A stretch of 64,000 bases of DNA. It comes from Paragordius varius. Lineage: Eukaryota; Animalia; Nematomorpha. The stretch covers positions 14,260,001-14,324,000 of the forward strand of contig OZ176052.1 in NCBI GenBank assembly GCA_964247055.1, read 5' to 3'. The position numbers and the translations under genes are program-made. How positions within the stretch are numbered: position 1 is the stretch's first letter; each line of letters starts with the position of its first letter. This document shows, in pieces, positions 39,558 to 52,900 of this stretch. The notes under the pieces were generated by a model, which worked only from the letters and a program-made list of their open reading frames with translations, did no database searches and was not told the origin of the DNA.

Positions 39558-42500
39558 TTTAATATCGTATAAAATAAATTTTTTAAATATTTAAAAAATT
39601 CATAAAAATTACATTTATAGTCCGATCCACAAAATATTTGAGGTGATGATGGAACAACCATAGGGCTACGCAAAAAAAATTATGGCGACATCACCTGATC
39701 AAATTTGGATTTTAGGTAGCCATTTTTATTTTTAAAATCGTATAAAATAAATTCTTTAAATATTTAAAAAATTCAAAAAAATTACATTTATACTCCGATC
39801 TCGAAAATATTTGGGGTGATGATGGAACTACCATAGGGCTACCCAAAAAAAATTATGGCGACATCACCTGATCAAATTTGGATTTTAGGTAGCCATTTTT
39901 ATTTTTAAAATCGTATAAAATAAATTTTTTAAATGTTTAAAAAATTCATAAAAATTACATTTATACTCCGATCTCGAAAATATTTGGGGTGATGATGGAA
40001 CTACCATAGGGCTACCCAAAAAAAATTATAGTGACATCACCTGATCAAATTTGGATTTTAGGTAGCCATTTTTATTTTTAAAATCGTATAAAATAAATTT
40101 TTTAAATATTTAAAAAATTCATAAAAATTACATTTATAGTCCGATCACAATATTTGGGGTGATGATGGAACTACCATAGGGCTACCCAAAAAAAATTATA
40201 GTGACATCACCTGATCAAATTTGGATTTTAGGTAGCCATTTTTATTTTTAAAATCGTATAAAATAAATTTTTTAAATATTTAAAAAATTCATAAAAATTA
40301 CATTTATAGTCCGATTCCCAAAATATTTGAGGTGATGATGGAACAACCATAGGGCTACGCAAAAAAAATTATGGCGACATCACCTGATCAAATTTGGATT
40401 TTAGGTAGCCATTTTTATTTTTAAAATCGTATAAAATAAATTTTTTAAATATTTAAAAAATTCAAAAAAATTACATTTATACTCCGATCTCGAAAATATT
40501 TGGGGTGATGATGGAACTATTATACGGCTATTTAAAAAAAATTATGGCGACATCACCTGATCAAATTTGGATTTTAGGTAGCCATTTTTATTTTTAAAAT
40601 CGTATAAAATAAATTTTTTAAATATTTAAAAAATTCATAAAAATTACATTTATACTCCGATCTCGAAAATATTTGGGGTGATGATGGAACTAGCATAGGG
40701 CTACCCAAAAAAAATTATAGTGACATCACCTGATCAAATTTGGATTTTAGGTAGCCATTTTTATTTTTAAAATCGTATAAAATAAATTTTTTAAATATTT
40801 AAAAAATTCATAAAAATTACATTTATAGTCCGATCACAATATTTGGGGTGATGATGGAACTACCATAGGGCTACCCAAAAAAAATTATAGTGACATCACC
40901 TGATCAAATTTGGATTTTAGGTAGCCATTTTTATTTTTAAAATCGTATAAAATAAATTTTTTAAATATTTAAAAAATTCATAAAAATTACATTTATAGTC
41001 CGATCCCCAAAATATTTGGGGTGATGATGGAACAACCATAGGGCTACGCAAAAAAAATTATGGCGACATCACCTGATCAAATTTGGATTTTAGGTAGCCA
41101 TTTTTATTTTTAAAATCGTATAAAATAAATTTTTTAAATATTTAAAAAATTCAAAAAAATTACATTTATACTCCGATCTCGAAAATATTTGGGGTGATGA
41201 TGGAACTACCATAGGGCTACGCAAAAAAAATTATGGCGACATCACCTGATCAAATTTGGATTTTAGGTAGCCATTTTTATTTTTAAAATCGTATAAAATA
41301 AATTTTTTAAATGTTTAAAAAAATTCATAAAAATTACATTTATAGTCCGATCCCCAAAATATTTGGGGTGAAGATGGAATTATTATAGGGCTACCCAAAA
41401 AAAATTATGGTGACATCACCTGATCAAATTTGGATTTTAGGTAGCCATTTTTATTTTTAAAATCGTATAAAATAAATTTTTTAAATATTTAAAAAATTCA
41501 TAAAAATTACATTTATACTCCGATCTCGAAAATATTTGGGGTGATGATGGAACTACCATAGGGCTACCCAAAAAAAATTATAGTGACATCACCTGATCAA
41601 ATTTGTATTTTAGGTAGTCATTTTTATTTTTAAAATCGTATAAAATAAATTTTTTAAATATTTAAAAAATTCATAAAAATTACATTTATACTCCGATCTC
41701 GAAAATATTTGGGGTGATGATGGAACTACCATAGGGCTACCCAAAAAAAATTATAGTGACATCACCTGATCAAATTTGGATTTTAGGTAGCCATTTTTAT
41801 TTTTAAAATCGTATAAAATAAATTTTTTAAATATTTAAAAAATTCATAAAAATTACATTTATAGTCCGATCCCCAAAATATTTGAGGTGATGATGGAACA
41901 ACCATAGGGCTACGCAAAAAAAATTATGGCGACATCACCTGATCAAATTTGGATTTTAGGTAGCCATTTTTATTTTTAAAATCGTAAAAAATAAATTTTT
42001 TAAATATTTAAAAAATTCAAAAAAATTACATTTATACTCCGATCTCGAAAATATTTGGGGTGATGATGGAACTACCATAGGGCTACCCAAAAAAAATTAT
42101 GGCGACATCACCTGATCAAATTTGGATTTTAGGTAGCCATTTTTATTTTTAAAATCGTATAAAATAAATTTTTAAAATATTTAAAAAATTCAAAAAAATT
42201 ACATTTATACTCCGATCTCGAAGATATTTGGGGTGATGATGGAACTACCATAGGGCTACCCAAAAAAAATTATAGTGACATCACCTGATCAAATTTGGAT
42301 TTTAGGTAGCCATTTTTATTTTTAAAATCGTATAAAATAAATTTTTTAAATATTTAAAAAATTCATAAAAATTACATTTATAGTCCGATCCCCAAAATAT
42401 TTGGGGTGATGATGGAACTACCATAGGGCTACCCAAAAAAAATTATAGTGACATCACCTGATCAAATTTGGATTTTAGGTAGCCATTTTTATTTTTAAAA

Positions 42501-42699
42501 TCGTATAAAATAAATTTTTTAAATATTTAAAAAATTCATAAAAATTACATTTATAGTCCGATCCCCAAAATATTTGGGGTGATGATGGAACTACCATAGG
42601 GCTACCCAAAAAAAATTATGGTGACATCACCTGATCAAATTTGGATTTTAGGTAGCCATTTTTATTTTTAAAATCGTATAAAATAAATTTTTTAAATAT

Positions 42700-45600
42700 T
42701 TAAAAAATTCAAAAAAATTACATTTATACTCCGATCTCGAAAATATTTGGGGTGATGATGGAACTACCATAGGACTACCCAAAAAAAATTATAGTGACAT
42801 CACCTGATCAAATTTGGATTTTAGGTAGCCATTTTTATTTTTAAAATCGTATAAAATAAATTTTTTAAATATTTAAAAAATTCATAAAAATTACATTTAT
42901 AGTCCGATCCCCAAAATATTTGAGGTGATGATGGAACAACCATAGGGCTACGCAAAAAGAATTATGGCGACATCACCTGATCAAATTTGGATTTTAGGTA
43001 GCCATTTTTATTTTTAAAATCGTATAAAATAAATTTTTTAAATATTTAAAAAATTCATAAAAATTACATTTATACTCCGATCTCGAAAATATTTGGGGTG
43101 ATGATGGAACTACCATAGGGCTACCCAAAAAAAATTATAGTGACATCACCTGATCAAATTTGGATTTTAGGTAGCCATTTTTATTTTTAAAATCGTATAA
43201 AATAAATTTTTTAAATATTTAAAAAATTCATAAAAATTACATTTATAGTCCGATCCCCAAAATATTTGGGGTGATGATAGAACTAACATAGGGCTACCCA
43301 AAAAAAATTATAGTGACATCACCTGATCAAATTTGGATTTTAGGTAGCCATTTTTATTTTTAAAATCGTATAAAATAAATTTTTTAAATATTTAAAAAAT
43401 TCATAAAAATTACATTTATAGTCCGATCCCCAAAATATTTGGGGTGATGATGGAACTACCATAGGGCTACCCAAAAAAATTATGGTGACATCACCTGATC
43501 AAATTTGGATTTTAGGTAGCCATTTTTATTTTTAAAATCGTATAAAATAAATTTTTTAAATATTTAAAAAATTCATAAAAATTACATTTATACTCCGATC
43601 TCGAAAATATTTGGGGTGATGATGGAACTACCCTAGGGCTACCCAAAAAAAATTATAGTGACATCACCTGATCAAATTTGGATTTTAGGTAGCCATTTTT
43701 ATTTTTAAAATCGTATAAAATAAATTTTTTAAATATTTAAAAAATTCATAAAAATTACATTTATAGTCCGATCCCCAAAATATTTGAGGTGATGATGGAA
43801 CAACCATAGGGCTACGCAAAAAAAATTATGGTGACATCACCTGATCAAATTTGGATTTTAGGTAGCCATTTTTATTTTTAAAATCGTATAAAATAAATTT
43901 TTTAAATATTTAAAAAATTCAAAAAAATTACATTTATACTCCGATCTCGAAAATATTTGGGGTGATGATGGAACTACCATAGGACTACCCAAAAAAAATT
44001 ATAGTGACATCACCTGATCAAATTTGGATTTTAGGTAGCCATTTTTATTTTTAAAATCGTATAAAATAAATTTTTTAAATATTTAAAAAATTCATAAAAA
44101 TTACATTTATAGTCCGATCCCCAAAATATTTGAGGTGATGATGGAACAACCATAGGGCTACGCAAAAAGAATTATGGCGACATCACCTGATCAAATTTGG
44201 ATTTTAGGTAGCCATTTTTATTTTTAAAATCGTATAAAATAAATTTTTTAAATATTTAAAAAATTCATAAAAATTACATTTATACTCCGATCTCGAAAAT
44301 ATTTGGGGTGATGATGGAACTACCATAGGGCTACCCAAAAAAAATTATAGTGACATCACCTGATCAAATTTGGATTTTAGGTAGCCATTTTTATTTTTAA
44401 AATCGTATAAAATAAATTTTTTAAATATTTAAAAAATTCATAAAAATTACATTTATAGTCCGATCCCCAAAATATTTGAGGTGATGATGGAACAACCATA
44501 GGGCTACGCAAAAAGAATTATGGCGACATCACCTGATCAAATTTGGATTTTAGGTAGCCATTTTTATTTTTAAAATCGTATAAAATAAATTTTTTAAATA
44601 TTTAAAAAATTCATAAAAATTACATTTATAGTCCGATCCCCAAAATATTTGGGGTGATGATGGAACTACCATAGGGCTACCCAAAAAAAATTATAGGGAC
44701 ATCACCTGATCAAATTTGGATTTTAGGTAGCCATTTTTATTTTTAAAATCGTATAAAATAAATTTTTTAAATATTTAAAAAATTCATAAAAATTACATTT
44801 ATAGTCCGATCCCCAAAATATTTGGGGTGATGATGGAACTACCATAGGGCTACCCAAAAAAAATTATGGTGACATCACCTGATCAAATTTGGATTTTAGG
44901 TAGCCATTTTTATTTTTAAAATCGTATAAAATAAATTTTTTAAATATTTAAAAAATTCAAAAAAATTACATTTATACTCCGATCTCGAAAATATTTGGGG
45001 TGATGATGGAACTACCATAGGACTACCCAAAAAAAATTATAGTGACATCACCTGATCAAATTTGGATTTTAGGTAGCCATTTTTATTTTTAAAATCGTAT
45101 AAAATAAATTTTTTAAATATTTAAAAAATTCATAAAAATTACATTTATAGTCCGATCCCCAAAATATTTGAGGTGATGATGGAACAACCATAGGGCTACG
45201 CAAAAAGAATTATGGCGACATCACCTGATCAAATTTGGATTTTAGGTAGCCATTTTTATTTTTAAAATCGTATAAAATAAATTTTTTAAATATTTAAAAA
45301 ATTCATAAAAATTACATTTATACTCCGATCTCGAAAATATTTGGGGTGATGATGGAACTACCATAGGGCTACCCAAAAAAAATTATAGTGACATCACCTG
45401 ATCAAATTTGGATTTTAGGTAGCCATTTTTATTTTTAAAATCGTATAAAATAAATTTTTTAAATATTTAAAAAATTCATAAAAATTACATTTATAGTCCG
45501 ATCCCCAAAATATTTGGGGTGATGATGGAACTACCATAGGGCTACCCAAAAAAATTATGGTGACATCACCTGATCAAATTTGGATTTTAGGTAGCCATTT

Positions 45601-48600
45601 TTATTTTTAAAATCGTATAAAATAAATTTTTTAAATATTTAAAAAATTCATAAAAATTACATTTATACTCCGATCTCGAAAATATTTGGGGTGATGATGG
45701 AACTACCCTAGGGCTACCCAAAAAAAATTATAGTGACATCACCTGATCAAATTTGGATTTTAGGTAGCCATTTTTATTTTTAAAATCGTATAAAATAAAT
45801 TTTTTAAATATTTAAAAAATTCAAAAAAATTACATTTATACTCCGATCTCGAAAATATTTAAGGTGATGATGGAACTACCATAGGGCTACCCAAAAAAAA
45901 TTATGGCGACATCACCTGATCAAATTTGGATTTTAGGTAGCCATTTTTATTTTTAAAATCGTATAAAATAAATTTTTTAAATATTTAAAAAATTCATAAA
46001 AATTACATTTATAGTCCGATCCCCAAAATATTTGGGGTGATGATGGAACTACCATAGGGCTACCCAAAAAAATTATGGTGACATCACCTGATCAAATTTG
46101 GATTTTAGGTAGCCATTTTTATTTTTAAAATCGTATAAAATAAATTTTTTAAATATTTAAAAAATTCATAAAAATTACATTTATACTCCGATCTCGAAAA
46201 TATTTGGGGTGATGATGGAACTACCATAGGGCTACCCAAAAAAAATTATGGCGACATCACCTGATCAAATTTGGATTTTAGGTAGCCATTTTTATTTTTA
46301 AAATCGTATAAAATAAATTTTTTAAATATTTAAAAAATTCAAAAAAATTACATTTATAGTCCGATCCCCAAAATATTTGGGGTGATGATGGAACTCGCAT
46401 AGGGCTACCCAAAAAAAATTATAGTGACATCACCTGATCAAATTTGGATTTTAGGTAGCCATTTTTATTTTTAAAATCGTATAAAATAAATTTTTTAAAT
46501 ATTTAAAAAATTCATAAAAATTACATTTATAGTCCGATCCCCAAAATATTTGGGGTGATGATGGAACTACCATAGGGCTACCCAAAAAAAATTATGGTGA
46601 CATCACCTGATCAAATTTGGATTTTAGGTAGCCATTTTTATTTTTAAAATCGTATAAAATAAATTTTTTAAATATTTAAAAAATTCAAAAAAATTACATT
46701 TATACTCCGATCTCGAAAATATTTGGGGTGATGATGGAACTACCATAGGACTACCCAAAAAAAATTATAGTGACATCACCTGATCAAATTTGGATTTTAG
46801 GTAGCCATTTTTATTTTTAAAATCGTATAAAATAAATTTTTTAAATATTTAAAAAATTCATAAAAATTACATTTATAGTCCGATCCCCAAAATATTTGAG
46901 GTGATGATGGAACAACCATAGGGCTACGCAAAAAGAATTATGGCGACATCACCTGATCAAATTTGGATTTTAGGTAGCCATTTTTATTTTTAAAATCGTA
47001 TAAAATAAATTTTTTAAATATTTAAAAAATTCATAAAAATTACATTTATACTCCGATCTCGAAAATATTTGGGGTGATGATGGAACTACCATAGGGCTAC
47101 CCAAAAAAAATTATAGTGACATCACCTGATCAAATTTGGATTTTAGGTAGCCATTTTTATTTTTAAAATCGTATAAAATAAATTTTTTAAATATTTAAAA
47201 AATTCATAAAAATTACATTTATAGTCCGATCCCCAAAATATTTGGGGTGATGATGGAACTACCATAGGGCTACCCAAAAAAATTATGGTGACATCACCTG
47301 ATCAAATTTGGATTTTAGGTAGCCATTTTTATTTTTAAAATCGTATAAAATAAATTTTTTAAATATTTAAAAAATTCATAAAAATTACATTTATACTCCG
47401 ATCCCCAAATATTTGAGGTGATGATGGAACAACCATAGGGCTACGCAAAAAGAATTATGGCGACATCACCTGATCAAATTTGGATTTTAGGTAGCCATTT
47501 TTATTTTTAAAATCGTATAAAATAAATTTTTTAAATATTTAAAAAATTCATAAAAATTACATTTATACTCCGATCTCGAAAATATTTGGGGTGATGATGG
47601 AACTACCATAGGGCTACCCAAAAAAAATTATAGTGACATCACCTGATCAAATTTGGATTTTAGGTAGCCATTTTTATTTTTAAAATCGTATAAAATAAAT
47701 TTTTTAAATATTTAAAAAATTCATAAAAATTACATTTATAGTCCGATCCCCAAAATATTTGAGGTGATGATGGAACAACCATAGGGCTACGCAAAAAGAA
47801 TTATGGCGACATCACCTGATCAAATTTGGATTTTAGGTAGCCATTTTTATTTTTAAAATCGTATAAAATAAATTTTTTAAATATTTAAAAAATTCATAAA
47901 AATTACATTTATACTCCGATCTCGAAAATATTTGGGGTGATGATGGAACTACCATAGGGCTACCCAAAAAAAATTATAGTGACATCACCTGATCAAATTT
48001 GGATTTTAGGTAGCCATTTTTATTTTTAAAATCGTATAAAATAAATTTTTTAAATATTTAAAAAATTCATAAAAATTACATTTATAGTCCGATCCCCAAA
48101 ATATTTGGGGTGATGATGGAACTACCATAGGGCTACCCAAAAAAATTATGGTGACATCACCTGATCAAATTTGGATTTTAGGTAGCCATTTTTATTTTTA
48201 AAATCGTATAAAATAAATTTTTTAAATATTTAAAAAATTCATAAAAATTACATTTATACTCCGATCTCGAAAATATTTGGGGTGATGATGGAACTACCCT
48301 AGGGCTACCCAAAAAAAATTATAGTGACATCACCTGATCAAATTTGGATTTTAGGTAGCCATTTTTATTTTTAAAATCGTATAAAATAAATTTTTTAAAT
48401 ATTTAAAAAATTCAAAAAAATTACATTTATACTCCGATCTCGAAAATATTTAAGGTGATGATGGAACTACCATAGGGCTACCCAAAAAAAATTATGGCGA
48501 CATCACCTGATCAAATTTGGATTTTAGGTAGCCATTTTTATTTTTAAAATCGTATAAAATAAATTTTTTAAATATTTAAAAAATTCATAAAAATTACATT

Positions 48601-49900
48601 TATAGTCCGATCCCCAAAATATTTGGGGTGATGATGGAACTACCATAGGGCTACCCAAAAAAATTATGGTGACATCACCTGATCAAATTTGGATTTTAGG
48701 TAGCCATTTTTATTTTTAAAACCGTATAAAATAAATTTTTTAAATATTTAAAAAATTCATAAAAATTACATTTATACTCCGATCTCGAAAATATTTGGGG
48801 TGATGATGGAACTACCATAGGGCTACCCAAAAAAAATTATGGCGACATCACCTGATCAAATTTGGATTTTAGGTAGCCATTTTTATTTTTAAAATCGTAT
48901 AAAATAAATTTTTTAAATGTTTAAAAAATTCATAAAAATTACATTTATAGTCCGATCCCCAAAATATTCGGGGTGATGATGGAATTACCATAGGGCTACC
49001 CAAAAAAAATTATAGTGACATCACCTGATCAAATTTGGATTTTAGGTAGCCATTTTTATTTTTAAAATCGTATAAAATAAATTTTTTAAATATTTAAAAA
49101 ATTCATAAAAATTACATTTATACTCCGATCTCGAAAATATTTGGGGTGATGATGGAACTACCATAGGGCTACCCAAAAAAAATTATAGTGACATCACCTG
49201 ATCAAATTTGGATTTTAGGTAACCATTTTTATTTTTAATATCGTATAAAATAAATTTTTTAAATATTTAAAAAATTCATAAAAATTACATTTATAGTCCG
49301 ATCCCCAAAATATTTGGGGTGATGATAGAACTAACATAGGGCTACCCAAAAAAAATTATAGTGACATCACCTGATCAAATTTGGATTTTAGGTAGCCATT
49401 TTTATTTATAAAATCCTATAAAATAAATTTTTTAAATATTTAAAAAATTCATAAAAATTACATTTATAGTCCGATCCCCAAAATATTTGGGGTGATGATG
49501 GAACTACCATAGGGCTACCCAAAAAAATTATGGTGACATCACCTGATCAAATTTGGATTTTAGGTAGCCATTTTTTTTAAAATCGTATAAAATAAATTTT
49601 TTAAATATTTAAAAAATTCATAAAAATTACATTTATACTCCGATCTCGAAAATATTTGGGGTGATGATGGAACTACCCTAGGGCTACCCAAAAAAAATTA
49701 TAGTGACATCACCTGATCAAATTTGGATTTTAGGTAGCCATTTTTATTTTTAAAATCGTATAAAATAAATTTTTTAAATATTTAAAAAATTCAAAAAAAT
49801 TACATTTATACTCCGATCTCGAAAATATTTAAGGTGATGATGGAACTACCATAGGGCTACCCAAAAAAAATTATGGCGACATCACCTGATAAAATTTGGA
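42700..49900. repeat. Domain of irregular higher-order repeats with private variants
   Basis: cgcaaaaagaatt at 42959, 44169, 44515, 45207, 46935, 47452, 47798; taggactacc at 42774, 43984, 45022, 46750; ccctaggg at 43631, 45706, 48297, 49676. Confidence 0.8.
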
Positions 49901-52900
49901 TTTTAGGTAGCCATTTTTATTTTTAAAATCGTATAAAATAAATTTTTTAAATGTTTAAAAAATTCATAAAAATTACATTTATAGTCCGATCCCCAAAATA
50001 TTTGGGATGATGATGGAATTACCATAGGGCTACCCAAAAAAATTATGGTGACATCACCTGATCAAATTTGGATTTTAGGTAGCCATTTTTATTTTTAAAA
50101 TCGTATAAAATAAATTTTTTAAATATTTAAAAAATTCATAAAAATTACATTTATACTCCGATCTCGAAAATATTTGGGGTGATGATGGAACTACCATAGG
50201 GCTACCCAAAAAAATTATAGTGACATCACCTGATCAAATTTGGATTTTAGGTAGCCATTTTTATTTTTAAAATCGTATAAAATAAATTTTTTAAATATTT
50301 AAAAAATTCATAAAAATTACATTTATAGTCCGATCCCCAAAATATTTGAGCTGATGATGGAACAACCATAGGGCTACGCAAAAAAAATTATGGCGACATC
50401 ACCTGATCAAATTTGGATTTTAGGTAGCCATTTTTATTTTTAAAATCGTATAAAATAATTTTTTTAAATATTTAAAAAATACAAAAAAATTACATTTATA
50501 CTCCGATCTCGAAAATATTTGGGGTGATGATGGAACTACCATAGGGCTACCCAAAAAAAATTATAGTGACATCACCTGATCAAATTTGGATTTTAGGTAA
50601 CCATTTTTATTTTTAATATCGTATAAAATAAATTTTTTAAATATTTAAAAAATTCATAAAAATTACATTTATAGTCCGATCCCCAAAATATTTGGGGTGA
50701 TGATAGAACTACCATAGGGCTACCCAAAAAAAATTATAGTGACATCACCTGATCAAATTTGGATTTTAGGTAGCCATTTTTATTTTTAAAATCGTATAAA
50801 ATAAATTTTTTAAATATTTAAAAAATTCATAAAAATTACATTTATAGTCCGATCTCGACAATATTTGGGGTGATGATGGAACTACCATAGGGCTACCCAA
50901 AAAAAATTATAGTGACATCACCTGATCAAATTTGGATTTTAGGTAGCCATTTTTATTTTTAAAATCGTATAAAATAAATTTTTTAAATATTTAAAAAATT
51001 CATAAAAATTACATTTATACTCCGATCTCGAAAATATTTGGGGTGATGATGGAACTACCATAGGGCTACCCAAAAAATTATAGTGACATCACCTGATCAA
51101 ATTTGGATTTTAGGTAGCCATTTTTATTTTTAAAATCGTATAAAATAAATTTTTTAAATATTTAAAAAATTCATAAAAATTACATTTATAGTCCGATCTC
51201 GACAATATTTGGGGTGATGATGGAATTACCATAGGGCTACCCAAAAAAAATTATGGTGACATCACCTGATCAAATTTGGATTTTAGGTAGCCATTTTTAT
51301 TTTTAAAATCGTATAAAATAAATTTTTTAAATATTTAAAAAATTCAAAAAAATTACATTTATAGTCCGATCCCCAAAATATTTGGGGTGATGATGGAATT
51401 ACCATAGGGCTACCCAAAAATAATTATAGTGACATCACCTGATCAAATTTGGATTTTAGGTAACCATTTTTATTTTTAATATCGTATAAAATAAATTTTT
51501 TAAATATTTAAAAAATTCATAAAAATTACATTTATAGTCCGATCCCCAAAATATTTGGGGTGATGATAGAACTACCATAGGGCTACCCAAAAAAAATTAT
51601 AGTGACATCACCTGATCAAATTTGGATTTTAGGTAGCCATTTTTATTTTTAAAATCGTATAAAATAAATTTTTTAAATATTTAAAAAATTCATAAAAATT
51701 ACATTTATAGTCCGATCTCGACAATATTTGGGGTGATGATGGAACTACCATAGGGCTACCCAAAAAAAATTATAGTGACATCACCTGATCAAATTTGGAT
51801 TTTAGGTAGCCATTTTTATTTTTAAAATCGTATAAAATAAATTTTTTAAATATTTAAAAAATTCTAAAAAATTACATTTATACTCCGATCTCGAAAATAT
51901 TTGGGGTGATGATGGAACTACCATAGGGCTACGCAAAAAAAATTATGGTGACATCACCTGATCAAATTTGGATTTTAGGTAGCCATTTTTATTTTTAAAA
52001 TCGTATAAAATAAATTTTTTAAATATTTAAAATTCATAAAAATTACATTTATACTCCGATCTCGAAAATATTTGGGGTGATGATGGAACTACCATAGGGC
52101 TACCCAAAAAAAATTATAGTGACATCACCTGATCAAATTTGGATTTTAGGTAGCCATTTTTATTTTTAAAATCGTATAAAATAAATTTTTTAAATATTTA
52201 AAAAATTCATAAAAATTACATTTATAGTCCGATCCCCAAAATATTTGGGGTGATGATGGAATTACCATAGGGCTACCCGAAAAAAATTATGGTGACATCA
52301 CCTGATCAAATTTGGATTTTAGGTAGCCATTTTTATTTTTAATATCGTATAAAATAAATTTTTTAAATATTTAAAAAATTCATAAAAATTACATTTATAG
52401 TCCGATCCCCAAAATATTTGAGGTGATGATGGAACAACCATAGGGCTACGCAAAAAAAATTATGGCGACATCACCTGATCAAATTTGGATTTTAGGTAGC
52501 CATTTTTATTTTTAAAATCGTATAAAATAAATTTTTTAAATATTTAAAAAATTCATAAAAATTACATTTATAGTCCGATCCCCAAAATATTTGGGGTCAT
52601 GATGGAACTACCATAGGGCTACCCAAAAAAAATTATGGTGACATCACCTGATCAAATTTGGATTTTAGGTAGCCATTTATATTTCTAAAATCGTATAAAA
52701 TAAATTTTTTAAATATTTCAAAAATTCATAAAAATTACATTTATAGTCCGATATCGACAATATTTGGGGTGATGATGGAACTACCATAGGGCTACCCAAA
52801 AAAAATTATAGTGACATCACCTGATCAAATTTGGATTTTAGGTAACCATTTTTATTTTTAATATCGTATAAAATAAATTTTTTAAATTTTTAAAAAATTC

